A DNA stretch of 64,000 bases from an uncultured Gammaproteobacteria bacterium (GTDB taxonomy: Bacteria; Patescibacteriota; Microgenomatia; CAZETR01; Amesbacteraceae): positions 58,340 to 122,339 of the forward strand of contig CAZIVL010000002.1 in the NCBI GenBank assembly GCA_964543035.1, in the 5' to 3' direction. The translations under genes were made by a program, and so were the position numbers. Under the pieces are notes generated by a model, which worked only from the letters and a program-made list of their open reading frames with translations, did not search any database and was not told where the DNA came from. Numbering within the stretch: position 1 is the first letter of the stretch; every line of letters begins with the position of its first letter. This document shows positions 46,467 to 55,042 of this stretch, piece after piece.

Positions 46467-46889
46467 ATGTGGCTAATATACGCTCTTTTGACTGCATTGT
46501 TCTATGTAGGTTTGGACTTTTGTGTAAAAAGAGCAGCGGGTAAGATCGATGACTTTTGGGGGATGCTGATTATTAATGCTGTCGCAGTGATCCCTGCATT
46601 GGTAGGTTTTTTGATATTGAAAATGTCTAGGTCAGAACTGCTAGTTACTCGAGAGGGGATAACATGGTCGATACTGGCTGGAATATCAATTGGACTTGGA
46701 AGTGTAACTCTGATTAAGATGTTTTCATCGGGAGCGAATCTATCCATTGGATCCCCACTGGTTAGAATCGGAACAGTGGTAGGAGTAGTTATTGTGGGAA
46801 TGTTTTTCTTGCGAGAAACTCTGAGCGTAAAACAGATCTTTGGTTTGGCAGTATCAATCGGAGGATTGTTTTTATTGGTTGTGAAATGA
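46467..46889 (+). CDS. EamA-like / DMT-superfamily small transporter
   Basis: 140 aa, 4 TM, glycine-rich helices typical of half-size EamA/SMR-like proteins. Confidence 0.5.
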   Translation: MWLIYALLTALFYVGLDFCVKRAAGKIDDFWGMLIINAVAVIPALVGFLILKMSRSELLVTREGITWSILAGISIGLGSVTLIKMFSSGANLSIGSPLVRIGTVVGVVIVGMFFLRETLSVKQIFGLAVSIGGLFLLVVK

Positions 46890-46905
46890 AAGGCGGTGAA
46901 ATAAA

Positions 46906-47148
46906 TTGGCAAAAAAAGTAACTGAAGAAAAAAAGATGAACTCTAAAGCCTGTGAAACATGTAACTGTACATGTGGAGGAAGATGGGCCACCCTAGGCTG
47001 GGTGCTCCTTTTGGCTGGAGGACTATCTCACATGCTGCCTACACAAATGGCACCACTACTTGCTTGGAACCTATGGGGAGTCACTCTGCAGATGATAGTG
47101 GGGGTCGTGTCTGTGATCTTGGCTTTGTATTATTTGTTAGGAGAGTAA
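46906..47148 (+). CDS. small Cys-containing protein with C-terminal TM
   Basis: 80 aa; CETCNCTCGG followed by two hydrophobic helices. Confidence 0.25.
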   Translation: MAKKVTEEKKMNSKACETCNCTCGGRWATLGWVLLLAGGLSHMLPTQMAPLLAWNLWGVTLQMIVGVVSVILALYYLLGE

Positions 47149-47275
47149 ATTTTTGTGTTCGGCATGCACAAAGATCGTGCTCGACTCCCGGTTCCGCTAT
47201 GGTAACTGCGGACACGGTCTCGCTGCGCGCGACTTTGTTAGCATGCCTGCACACATTTTTTGATACACTGAATGT

Positions 47276-48202
47276 ATGAGTCTGCAGGATGTGGCAAAGA
47301 GATTGGTGATGGAAGGAAAGGGGATACTGGCTGCTGATGAGAGCTTGCCTACCATTGAGAAAAGATTTTCTGCTCATGGGATAGAGAACAGCTTTGAAAA
47401 TAGAAAAGCATATAGAGAAATGTTGTTTAGTACCGTTGGGCTGGAGGAATATATTTCTGGTGTGATCTTGTTTGAGGAGACTGTAGAACAAGGGTTGCAT
47501 GAAGTTCTTACGAATAAAGGAATAATGTGGGGAATAAAAGTGGACGAGGGGGTAAAAGATGGAGTCACACAAGGGTCGGAAACTTTACAAACGAAGCTAG
47601 ATATGTATAAAAAAATGGGTGCGACTTTTTGTAAATGGAGAGCGGTGTTTGAGGTCGGTCTTGAGATCAAAAGTGCCAATGTGGAAAACCTGGCACTATA
47701 TGCCAAAAAGTGCCAAGAATCGGGCTTGGTGCCGATAGTAGAGCCCGAAGTATTGTGGAAAGAAGGGATTGATGTGAATGAATATGCATTGAGCACCAGT
47801 AAGGTACTAGCCCGAGTATTTGAAAAACTTTTTGACTTAAAGGTTAGGTTGGAAGAAATGATTTTGAAACCAAATATGATTGTGGGAACAACTTCTCAAC
47901 AAACGGCCAAAAGAACAGTGGAAGTAATGCAAAAAGGAGTGTCGGTGGCAGTACCGGGAATCGCATTTTTGTCAGGAGGACAAACCGAAACTCAAGCGAC
48001 TGAAAATCTGAATGAAATTAACAAAATGGGAGCAGGTCCTTGGAAGATGACTTATTCTTTTGGGAGAGCTTTGCAAAATAGTGCGTTGACTGCTTGGGGA
48101 GGTAAAAGTGAAAATGTGAGTCAGGCACAAGAGAAGCTCTTACACAGAGCGAAGATGAATAGTCTGGCAAGTATGGGGAAGTATGTGAGTGAGAAAGACT
48201 AA
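47276..48202 (+). CDS. fructose-bisphosphate aldolase, class I
   Basis: 308 aa; GKGILAADES and the FbaB/class I aldolase pattern, with a Lys in VDEGVKDG / KPNMIV contexts. Confidence 0.8.
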   Translation: MSLQDVAKRLVMEGKGILAADESLPTIEKRFSAHGIENSFENRKAYREMLFSTVGLEEYISGVILFEETVEQGLHEVLTNKGIMWGIKVDEGVKDGVTQGSETLQTKLDMYKKMGATFCKWRAVFEVGLEIKSANVENLALYAKKCQESGLVPIVEPEVLWKEGIDVNEYALSTSKVLARVFEKLFDLKVRLEEMILKPNMIVGTTSQQTAKRTVEVMQKGVSVAVPGIAFLSGGQTETQATENLNEINKMGAGPWKMTYSFGRALQNSALTAWGGKSENVSQAQEKLLHRAKMNSLASMGKYVSEKD

Positions 48203-48241
48203 ACACTAAATTCTAAGAACCAAATAAAAACTAAAATCTAA

Positions 48242-48577
48242 ATGGCATTTGAACTTGAAGCCAGAACATTGGAATTTGGAAAGAGGGTGATTGGACTGTG
48301 TAATCGGTTGCCAAAGAATCAAATTAATTTTCGATTGGCAGATCAACTTGTGAGGTCTGGTACCTCAGTAGGCGCAAACTATCGTGAAGCTAATGAAACA
48401 GATACAAGCAAGGATTTCAAAAACAGAATCAGGATAGCCAAAAAATAGGCAAAAGAAGCTGTTTATTGGCTAAATCTAGTTTTGGATTCTAATCCTGAAC
48501 TATCCTCTGAAATTAACTATTTATTAGATGAAGCTGGGCAGCTCGTAAAAATCCTGGCTGCTATTTACTCTAAATAG
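48242..48577 (+). pseudogene. four-helix-bundle (TIGR02436) family gene interrupted by an in-frame TAG at 48446-48448
   Basis: MAFELEARTLEFGKRVIGLCNRLPKNQ...NRIRIAKK then TAG, then in-frame AKEAVYWLNLVLDSNPELSSEINYLLDEAGQLVKILAAIYSK. The homologous paralogs continue through this position (family consensus ...AKKEAKE..YWL). Confidence 0.55.
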
Positions 48578-48644
48578 TTTCCTTTTTAGTGTTTTTAGGG
48601 TTTAATGTTTATTTGGAGCTTAGTTATTAGTTCTTTAGTTTTTT

Positions 48645-49622
48645 ATGAAATACGATGTGTTGAGTCTGGGACCTGCGAGGATGGATGTGTTTGTAAAACT
48701 GCCGGAGGAAATATCGGAATGGTGCAGTATAGACAAAAAGAGGTGCATGATAGAACTCGGGTTTGGGGAAAAAATTGCGGTGAAATCGGTAAGCTATGCA
48801 GTGGGTGGGAATACCGGAAACAATGCCGTGGGGGTGACGAGACTAGGACTGAAAGCGGCCATGCTGGGGGGAATGGGAGATGGATGGGGAGACGCGGAAG
48901 CGCTCAAGATATTGCAAAAAGAGGGCGTAAACACGGAGCATGTACAAGTGATACCCGGAAAATCTGGATTTGGAGTCGTCATCAACTACCAAGAAGAAAG
49001 AACAATCCTCTCTTATTATGCTGACACTAATGTCCAAATACCCTCTAATCTGGATATCTCAGCTGAGTGGATGTACTTGACTACTGCGGGGGAAACGTAT
49101 GAGGATTTTTACCATCAAGCCATTGAACTAGCTAAGAGCAAACATATAAAAATCGCTTTTAACCCCGGAAGTAGACAGCTCAAAGCCGGAATTGAAAAGC
49201 TAAAGGCTGTGTACGATATGGCGGAGATACTGTTTGTAAACAAAGAAGAAGCAGCTATGCTGATCTCTGGTGACGTGGGAAATGTAAAGGCACTTCTCAA
49301 TGGACTGCATAATCTGGGGCCGAAGACCGTAATTATTACTGATGGACCGGCAGGTACCTATGCTTATGATGGAACGAAGTATTGGCATATGCCGATAGTG
49401 CCTGCTCCGGTCGTGGAGCGCACGGGAGCGGGAGATGCATTTGGATCTGGGTTTCTCTCGGCCATTATTAAGGGCAAAGAATTGCCCGAAGCTCTAAGGT
49501 GGGGAACAGTAAACAGTGCGTCAGTCCTTGGGTTTATTGGTCCACAAGCGGGACTTTTGAATGAGAGTGGAATACGAGAGTGGCTTATAAAATCTGCTGG
49601 TGTTGTGCCAACTGAGGTTTGA
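48645..49622 (+). CDS. PfkB-family carbohydrate kinase
   Basis: 325 aa; N-terminal GG motif (AVGGNTGNNA) and C-terminal TGAGDAFGSGFLSA PfkB signature. Confidence 0.8.
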   Translation: MKYDVLSLGPARMDVFVKLPEEISEWCSIDKKRCMIELGFGEKIAVKSVSYAVGGNTGNNAVGVTRLGLKAAMLGGMGDGWGDAEALKILQKEGVNTEHVQVIPGKSGFGVVINYQEERTILSYYADTNVQIPSNLDISAEWMYLTTAGETYEDFYHQAIELAKSKHIKIAFNPGSRQLKAGIEKLKAVYDMAEILFVNKEEAAMLISGDVGNVKALLNGLHNLGPKTVIITDGPAGTYAYDGTKYWHMPIVPAPVVERTGAGDAFGSGFLSAIIKGKELPEALRWGTVNSASVLGFIGPQAGLLNESGIREWLIKSAGVVPTEV

Positions 49623-49936
49623 AACTAGAGGCGGAGATTTTCAAGATAGAGCTTTGATGCAGCTGTGACTCGAGCACTAAGAACCATTACCAATGTTCTT
49701 GCGTAGTCTAATTCTGATTTTGGTATCTCTCCATTTTTATGTTTTCCCAGGCTTCATTGAAGTCTATTATTGCTGATACCAATTGTTCCCGTCTACTATC
49801 GTAAACTTGAGTAAGAGCCTCAAATCCACCTCTTGAGAGCATGAAAAGATGATAACTTTCTTTCGTATGGATTTCAAATTTGGTAGACTAAATGTATAAA
49901 CCTGGATCCTTCACTGCGGTTCAGGATGACAACGAT

Positions 49937-50842
49937 ATGAGTAAGATTTTGGTTACGAGAAAGATACCGTATTGGGAGGAGCTGGCGAAGCCATTGGGGG
50001 ATGCTGGACATGAAGTGGTATTGGGGAAGCTGGAACAACTGGATGAAAGCTATGAGGGGTTGTTGTGCCTTCTTACTGACAAGATCACGGCATCTGTCTT
50101 GGAAAAAGGGACGGGTCTAAAAATCATTGCCAACTATGCAGTGGGGTATGACAACATCGATGTGGCAGCATGCGCCGCAAAAAATATATTGGTCACAAAC
50201 ACACCTTGCGACGAAGTGAGTGAAAGTGTAGCTGAGTTTACATGGACTCTCATACTGGCTCTGGCCCGGAGACTCAATGAAGCCGGAGAATATATGCGAA
50301 ATGCGGCGTATCATGGCTGGGAGCCAGATATATTTGTGGGGACTGATCTGTCTGGAAAAACACTGGGAGTAATCGGTAAAGGGAGAATCGGATCACGAGT
50401 GGAAAGTCGGGCGGTGGGGTTTGGGATGAAAATCTTAAACTTTGAACGTGGGGGGAAACTGGAAGAATTTCTACCGCAATGCGATGTTGTGACTCTCCAT
50501 GTGCCTCTCACGCCTGAGACTAAACACCTGATAAATGGCAAGAACCTGCCGCAGTTTAAAAAAGGCGCATTGCTTGTGAATACTGCCCGGGGGCCGGTCG
50601 TGTTTGAGGAAGAAGTGGCCCAAGCGCTACGAGCGGGAATGATAGGAGGATACGGCGCAGACGTGTTTGAAAACGAGCCTAACCCATATGCGGAACTACT
50701 GCAAATGGAAAATGTGATACTGACTCCACATATTGCCTCGGCGACGGTATCTGCACGGAAGGCGATGGGGAGGCTTGCCGTACAAAACCTAGTTGAGGGT
50801 CTAAGTGGAAAGACACCGAGCAATCTGGTAAAAGTGAGATGA
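49937..50842 (+). CDS. D-isomer-specific 2-hydroxyacid dehydrogenase (glyoxylate/hydroxypyruvate reductase-like)
   Basis: GVIGKGRIGSRV NAD-binding motif, TLHVPLTPETKHLI, catalytic VNTARG...E...LTPHIAS. Confidence 0.85.
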   Translation: MSKILVTRKIPYWEELAKPLGDAGHEVVLGKLEQLDESYEGLLCLLTDKITASVLEKGTGLKIIANYAVGYDNIDVAACAAKNILVTNTPCDEVSESVAEFTWTLILALARRLNEAGEYMRNAAYHGWEPDIFVGTDLSGKTLGVIGKGRIGSRVESRAVGFGMKILNFERGGKLEEFLPQCDVVTLHVPLTPETKHLINGKNLPQFKKGALLVNTARGPVVFEEEVAQALRAGMIGGYGADVFENEPNPYAELLQMENVILTPHIASATVSARKAMGRLAVQNLVEGLSGKTPSNLVKVR

Positions 50843-51687
50843 AAAAATTGATGCTAGTACTGGTAATAGTAGTTGCTGTAGCGGGAGGAGCGGTATTTAC
50901 GCAGATAAAACCGACTGAACTGAAGCTAGGCATGCCGCCTGCGGTGGACATAGTCACTCCCACACCAGACGCGAGAGACCGGGAAACTGAAGACAAGCTT
51001 ACGAAACTGGTCGAGAATGCAGAAGGAACATATGGGGTGCATGTGCGAAGACAAAAATCTGGGCAAGAGTACGGGATAAATAGAGAAATGCAATTTGAGG
51101 CGGCTTCGATGTTTAAACTCGTACCACTGATTAATGCACTTCGAAAAGTAGAAGCAGGGGAATGGAAGCTGAATCAAAAGTTTGTAATCCTGGCGTCTGA
51201 CATTGCAACTGGATCTGGTCCACTCCAGTTTATGGACCCTGGGACTGAGGTAACTCTGGATAGGATGCTAACTGAACTGGGCGCAAAGTCTGACAATACT
51301 GCTTGGAGAATGCTGAATAGGCTAATTGGGATGGAGGAGATGCAAAAAACAATCGATGGTCTTAGTATGCGAGATAGTAACTATAAAGATCTGATGACTA
51401 CCCCGGTTGATATGGGACATCTGTGGACTTACATCTCAGTTGAGAAGATGGGCTGGAAATATCTGGTGGATAGTATCTATGAAGACAGGATCCCTCTGGG
51501 GTTACCTAAAGGAACTAATCTAATTCATAAAGTGGGAACCGATGTGGGGGTGTGGAGTGACTCGGGAGTGGTAGATAATAAATTTATCTTGGTCGTGATG
51601 ACAAAAGGTGCACCACGCAAGGAAGCTGAGAAGCTAGTGCCTGAGATTACAAAGCTTGTTTGGGATTTTGAAGTTTCGAGAAATTAA
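50839..51687 (+). CDS. class A beta-lactamase-like serine hydrolase
   Basis: Signal/TM N-terminus; AASMFK (SxxK), SDNTAW (SDN), KVGTD (KTG-like) in the right order and spacing. Confidence 0.6.
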   Translation: MKKLMLVLVIVVAVAGGAVFTQIKPTELKLGMPPAVDIVTPTPDARDRETEDKLTKLVENAEGTYGVHVRRQKSGQEYGINREMQFEAASMFKLVPLINALRKVEAGEWKLNQKFVILASDIATGSGPLQFMDPGTEVTLDRMLTELGAKSDNTAWRMLNRLIGMEEMQKTIDGLSMRDSNYKDLMTTPVDMGHLWTYISVEKMGWKYLVDSIYEDRIPLGLPKGTNLIHKVGTDVGVWSDSGVVDNKFILVVMTKGAPRKEAEKLVPEITKLVWDFEVSRN

Positions 51688-52396
51688 AGTTACTCCTAAC
51701 ATATTTTTTTATTTGTGAAAATCGTTTTGCTTGATCAAGCAGTCTAGATAAATTGTCATTTGATCTTCTTTGAACATTTAGTTTGAACGAAAAACCAAGT
51801 CCTCCAATTAATTGAAACTTTTCGGTTAAAAAATTATCATCGTATACATATTTGAGGTTTAAAACTTTTTCCATTTTTTCATAATCATCTAGTCCATTTA
51901 TGAGGTTATATGCTGATTTCAGAAAAATACCGTTGCACCCGTACAGGAAATGACATGATTTGAAAAAATCATTTAGTAAATAAATTACACGACTTTTATC
52001 AAGAAAATATGTAATATTTTTGTTTGTTGCCTGTAGAGGACCAGAAGCACACACATATTTTTTTGTAGACATAATTCTGATTGCATTTTCAATCCATTGA
52101 GGATTTAGAATTGTATCAGCATCAATAGTCGCAATTAGGTCGCAGGTTGCTTTTTTGAAACCTAATCTTCGCGTGGGTAACAATCCTTGTTGAGACTGTT
52201 GGGAGATAAGAAGGTCGCATTTTTTTTCTTTGAACTTTGAAATAAATGAAATTGCTATGTTTTGTGAATCGTCTGTCGAATTGTTGTCTACAAAGATAAT
52301 TTCATTTGGAGCTACGCTCTGATGCAGAAGACTGTCCAAGCAGATCGGTAAATACTTTTGATCGTTGAAACAAGGAATAACTACACTTACCTGCAT
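51647..52396 (-). CDS. family 2 glycosyltransferase
   Basis: VSVVIPCFNDQKYLPICLDSLLHQS and DADT/DxD region typical of GT2. Confidence 0.8.
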   Translation of the reverse strand: MQVSVVIPCFNDQKYLPICLDSLLHQSVAPNEIIFVDNNSTDDSQNIAISFISKFKEKKCDLLISQQSQQGLLPTRRLGFKKATCDLIATIDADTILNPQWIENAIRIMSTKKYVCASGPLQATNKNITYFLDKSRVIYLLNDFFKSCHFLYGCNGIFLKSAYNLINGLDDYEKMEKVLNLKYVYDDNFLTEKFQLIGGLGFSFKLNVQRRSNDNLSRLLDQAKRFSQIKKYVRSNFNFSKLQNPKQAL

Positions 52397-52559
52397 ACAA
52401 GATGACTATTGGGGGAGTAGATATTTGAAGTAGCGGAAGATGATGGCCACGGTTGCCAGAGCCGTGAGAAAAGAAATTAATAACATTGTATTTTTAAATT
52501 TGGACACCATATATTTGTATTCTACAGGACTGGATTCCCGGTCGTAGCCGGGAATGACG

Positions 52560-54812
52560 TTATCTGCGGCGGGGAGATGGTTTTTTGTTTGGAGTAGGAG
52601 TAGGTGCTTGGGGATTTTGGGTGGAGGCGCCAGTCAGAATCTGATCTTTGATCTTCTGGATGGTCTCGTCGGAACAAGTCTTCTCGGGCTCGGTGCCTGG
52701 TAAGAAGTACTCAAACTTGCCACCACAACTGTTGCAGGCTTTTTCGCCAGTAATAGGGCAGATGGCAACTCGGTTTAGTCCGGAAGGAGCTACAAAATCC
52801 TCAGATGGATACCGGGCAATGGCCTCTAACATGAGTTTTTTCCAGATGGGAGAGGCGCCAGTAACACCGGAGGCGACGTAGCTCATGGGAGTGTTGTCAT
52901 TGTTGCCCACCCAGACGAGGGTGACCAAATCGCTCGTGTAGCCGATGGTCCAATTGTCCCGCAGACTATTGGTAGTCCCTGTCTTGACTGCCACGCGGTG
53001 GGGAGCGAGATTGAGCTGAGAATTGGTGCCAAATGTGGGGGCGCGGGCGGCGTTGTCCGAAAGAATATCGGTGATCATGTAGGCAATGCCGGGACCTAGG
53101 ACCTCTTCTGATGGACAGGATGTGATCTCGGTGACGAGAGCCTCTGCGGCATTGGCCGCGGGGATGAATGGTGAGTAGTGAGTAGTGGGAGATTTTTTGT
53201 CACAGCGAAATTCTTCGAGTAATCTGCCGCGGGAGTCGCGAACGGAAAGAATGGATTGGGTAGGAACTCTTTGGCCCATGTTTGCAAATGTGCCATAAAC
53301 TTGGGCCATGTCCAGCATAGTGACTTCGCCACCACCCAATGTCAATGATAGTCCAAAACGGGAGGTATCGGTCCAAGTGGTAATGCCCATCTGGGTGCCA
53401 AGGGCAATCATGTTTTCAATACCATTTGCGGATAACAGCTTTACTGCCGGAATGTTGTACGAAGAAGCCAGAGCCGTCCTCAGAGATACTCGACCGTGGT
53501 AACGATTGTCATAATTTTGGGGAGAATAGTTTGGTTGACCTGGAGTCTTATAAGTAATAGGGGAATCTTCGATGATGGAAGAAGGGGTAAAGCCTTTTTG
53601 AAAAGCTAATGCATAGTTGACTGGCTTGATACTAGAGCCGGGCTGACGAATGGCTTTGGTGACATTTACCTGACCATCGGAGGCAATGTCAAAATAATTT
53701 TTTGACCCGACCATAGCTAAGATCTCACCCGTTTTGGGATTGGTCACCAGAGCCGCGCCATTGGTAATGTGCAAATAATTTACCTTGGCTACTTCGGTTG
53801 CGACGATCTCCTCGGCTTTTTTTTGCAGATCCAAGTCAAGCGAAGTGATGACATCGAGGCCGCCTTGTTCGACCAACTCGGGTCCATATTTTCGAGTCAG
53901 TATTTCTTTTATGTACATGACAAAGTGAGGAGCTGAGATGGTAGTGGCTGGGGGCTTGAAAGTCAGATCTAGACCGGAGGCTTCTTCGGCTTGTTCCCAG
54001 GTGATATATCCGTCTTCGACCATTCTTCGCAAAACTTCTTTTTGGCGAGATTTGGCTAGCTCTGGGTGAGAACCGTAGGGAGAGTACACGGTAGGTGAGG
54101 CGGGGAGACCGGCTAAAAGAGAAACTTGGGCCAGACTCAACTGAGCTGCGGGAATGCCAAAATATGTCTGAGCTGCTTCTTCGATGCCATAACTAGAACC
54201 CCCAAAACCTACGCGATTGAGATACATCTCCAAAATCTCGTCTTTTGTGTAGATGTATTCGACGGCAATTGATAAAGCCAGTTCACGAAGTTTTCTGATC
54301 AGTGTGCGCTCGGGGGAAAGAAGAGAAATCTTTACTAACTGTTGGGTAATGGTGGATCCACCCTGAAGAGTAGAATCTTTTTTTAGATTTGATACAAAAG
54401 CCCGAAATAACCCAGTGGGTGAGAAACCACGATGGTTGTAAAAATCTTTGTCTTCGATAGCAATCACTGCCTGTTTTACGTGGTCTGGAAGATCTGCCAG
54501 TTTGATGGGAGTGCGATTTTCTCCGGAATAAATCTTGTAAAGCTCAGTACCATTTCTGTCTCTGATATGAGTCGTCTGAGGAATCGGAGTGACTGATAGT
54601 GATTGGGGAGAAGGGAGACCCTTGAGTATAAAAAAATAAACACTAAATCCTAAAATACAAATAAAGAATAAGGGGATAAAATATAAAAATCTAACTCTGG
54701 GAAGTTTGATTAATTGAAGTACTGTGACGGCTGGATAAATGGATTTGAGAAAATTGTGAAGGGTCATATAAAGCGGATTATCTCTTTGGAATGCGATTTT
54801 CACAAGACGCAT
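52560..54812 (-). CDS. class A penicillin-binding protein (PBP1A family; glycosyltransferase + transpeptidase)
   Basis: GT51 motifs (AIEDKDFYNHRGF, GGSTITQQLVK), transpeptidase SxxK (GSSIKP), SxN and KTGT; ends with a C-terminal Cys-rich tail. Confidence 0.9.
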   Translation of the reverse strand: MRLVKIAFQRDNPLYMTLHNFLKSIYPAVTVLQLIKLPRVRFLYFIPLFFICILGFSVYFFILKGLPSPQSLSVTPIPQTTHIRDRNGTELYKIYSGENRTPIKLADLPDHVKQAVIAIEDKDFYNHRGFSPTGLFRAFVSNLKKDSTLQGGSTITQQLVKISLLSPERTLIRKLRELALSIAVEYIYTKDEILEMYLNRVGFGGSSYGIEEAAQTYFGIPAAQLSLAQVSLLAGLPASPTVYSPYGSHPELAKSRQKEVLRRMVEDGYITWEQAEEASGLDLTFKPPATTISAPHFVMYIKEILTRKYGPELVEQGGLDVITSLDLDLQKKAEEIVATEVAKVNYLHITNGAALVTNPKTGEILAMVGSKNYFDIASDGQVNVTKAIRQPGSSIKPVNYALAFQKGFTPSSIIEDSPITYKTPGQPNYSPQNYDNRYHGRVSLRTALASSYNIPAVKLLSANGIENMIALGTQMGITTWTDTSRFGLSLTLGGGEVTMLDMAQVYGTFANMGQRVPTQSILSVRDSRGRLLEEFRCDKKSPTTHYSPFIPAANAAEALVTEITSCPSEEVLGPGIAYMITDILSDNAARAPTFGTNSQLNLAPHRVAVKTGTTNSLRDNWTIGYTSDLVTLVWVGNNDNTPMSYVASGVTGASPIWKKLMLEAIARYPSEDFVAPSGLNRVAICPITGEKACNSCGGKFEYFLPGTEPEKTCSDETIQKIKDQILTGASTQNPQAPTPTPNKKPSPRRR

Positions 54813-55042
54813 TTGATATGCTAGAGAAGATGGCGGAGAAAGATCTAAGTGAGAGACAGAAAACTGTATTGGAAATAATTGTGAATCATACGAGTGGGGT
54901 GCCTACAAAAGATTTGTTGGAGACAGCCAGTAAAGACGGAGGAATGAGCGAAAGAGCTGCGAGGAGAATTGCTTGGCGGCTTGTGCGATTGGGTGAGGTA
55001 CGTTTTGAAAATGGAGTTTGGGAAGTTCAGAGCGAGGATTAG
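54791..55042 (+). CDS. small hypothetical protein (possible winged-helix)
   Basis: 83 aa; weak; lies between the two convergent/tandem PBP genes. Confidence 0.25.
   Translation: MRFSQDAFDMLEKMAEKDLSERQKTVLEIIVNHTSGVPTKDLLETASKDGGMSERAARRIAWRLVRLGEVRFENGVWEVQSED

Noticed and set aside
48605-49024. 139-aa plus-strand ORF overlapping the start of the PfkB kinase gene in another frame
   Set aside because: The PfkB frame has clear family signatures. The overlapping ORF is Gly/Arg-rich with no motif and is likely spurious.
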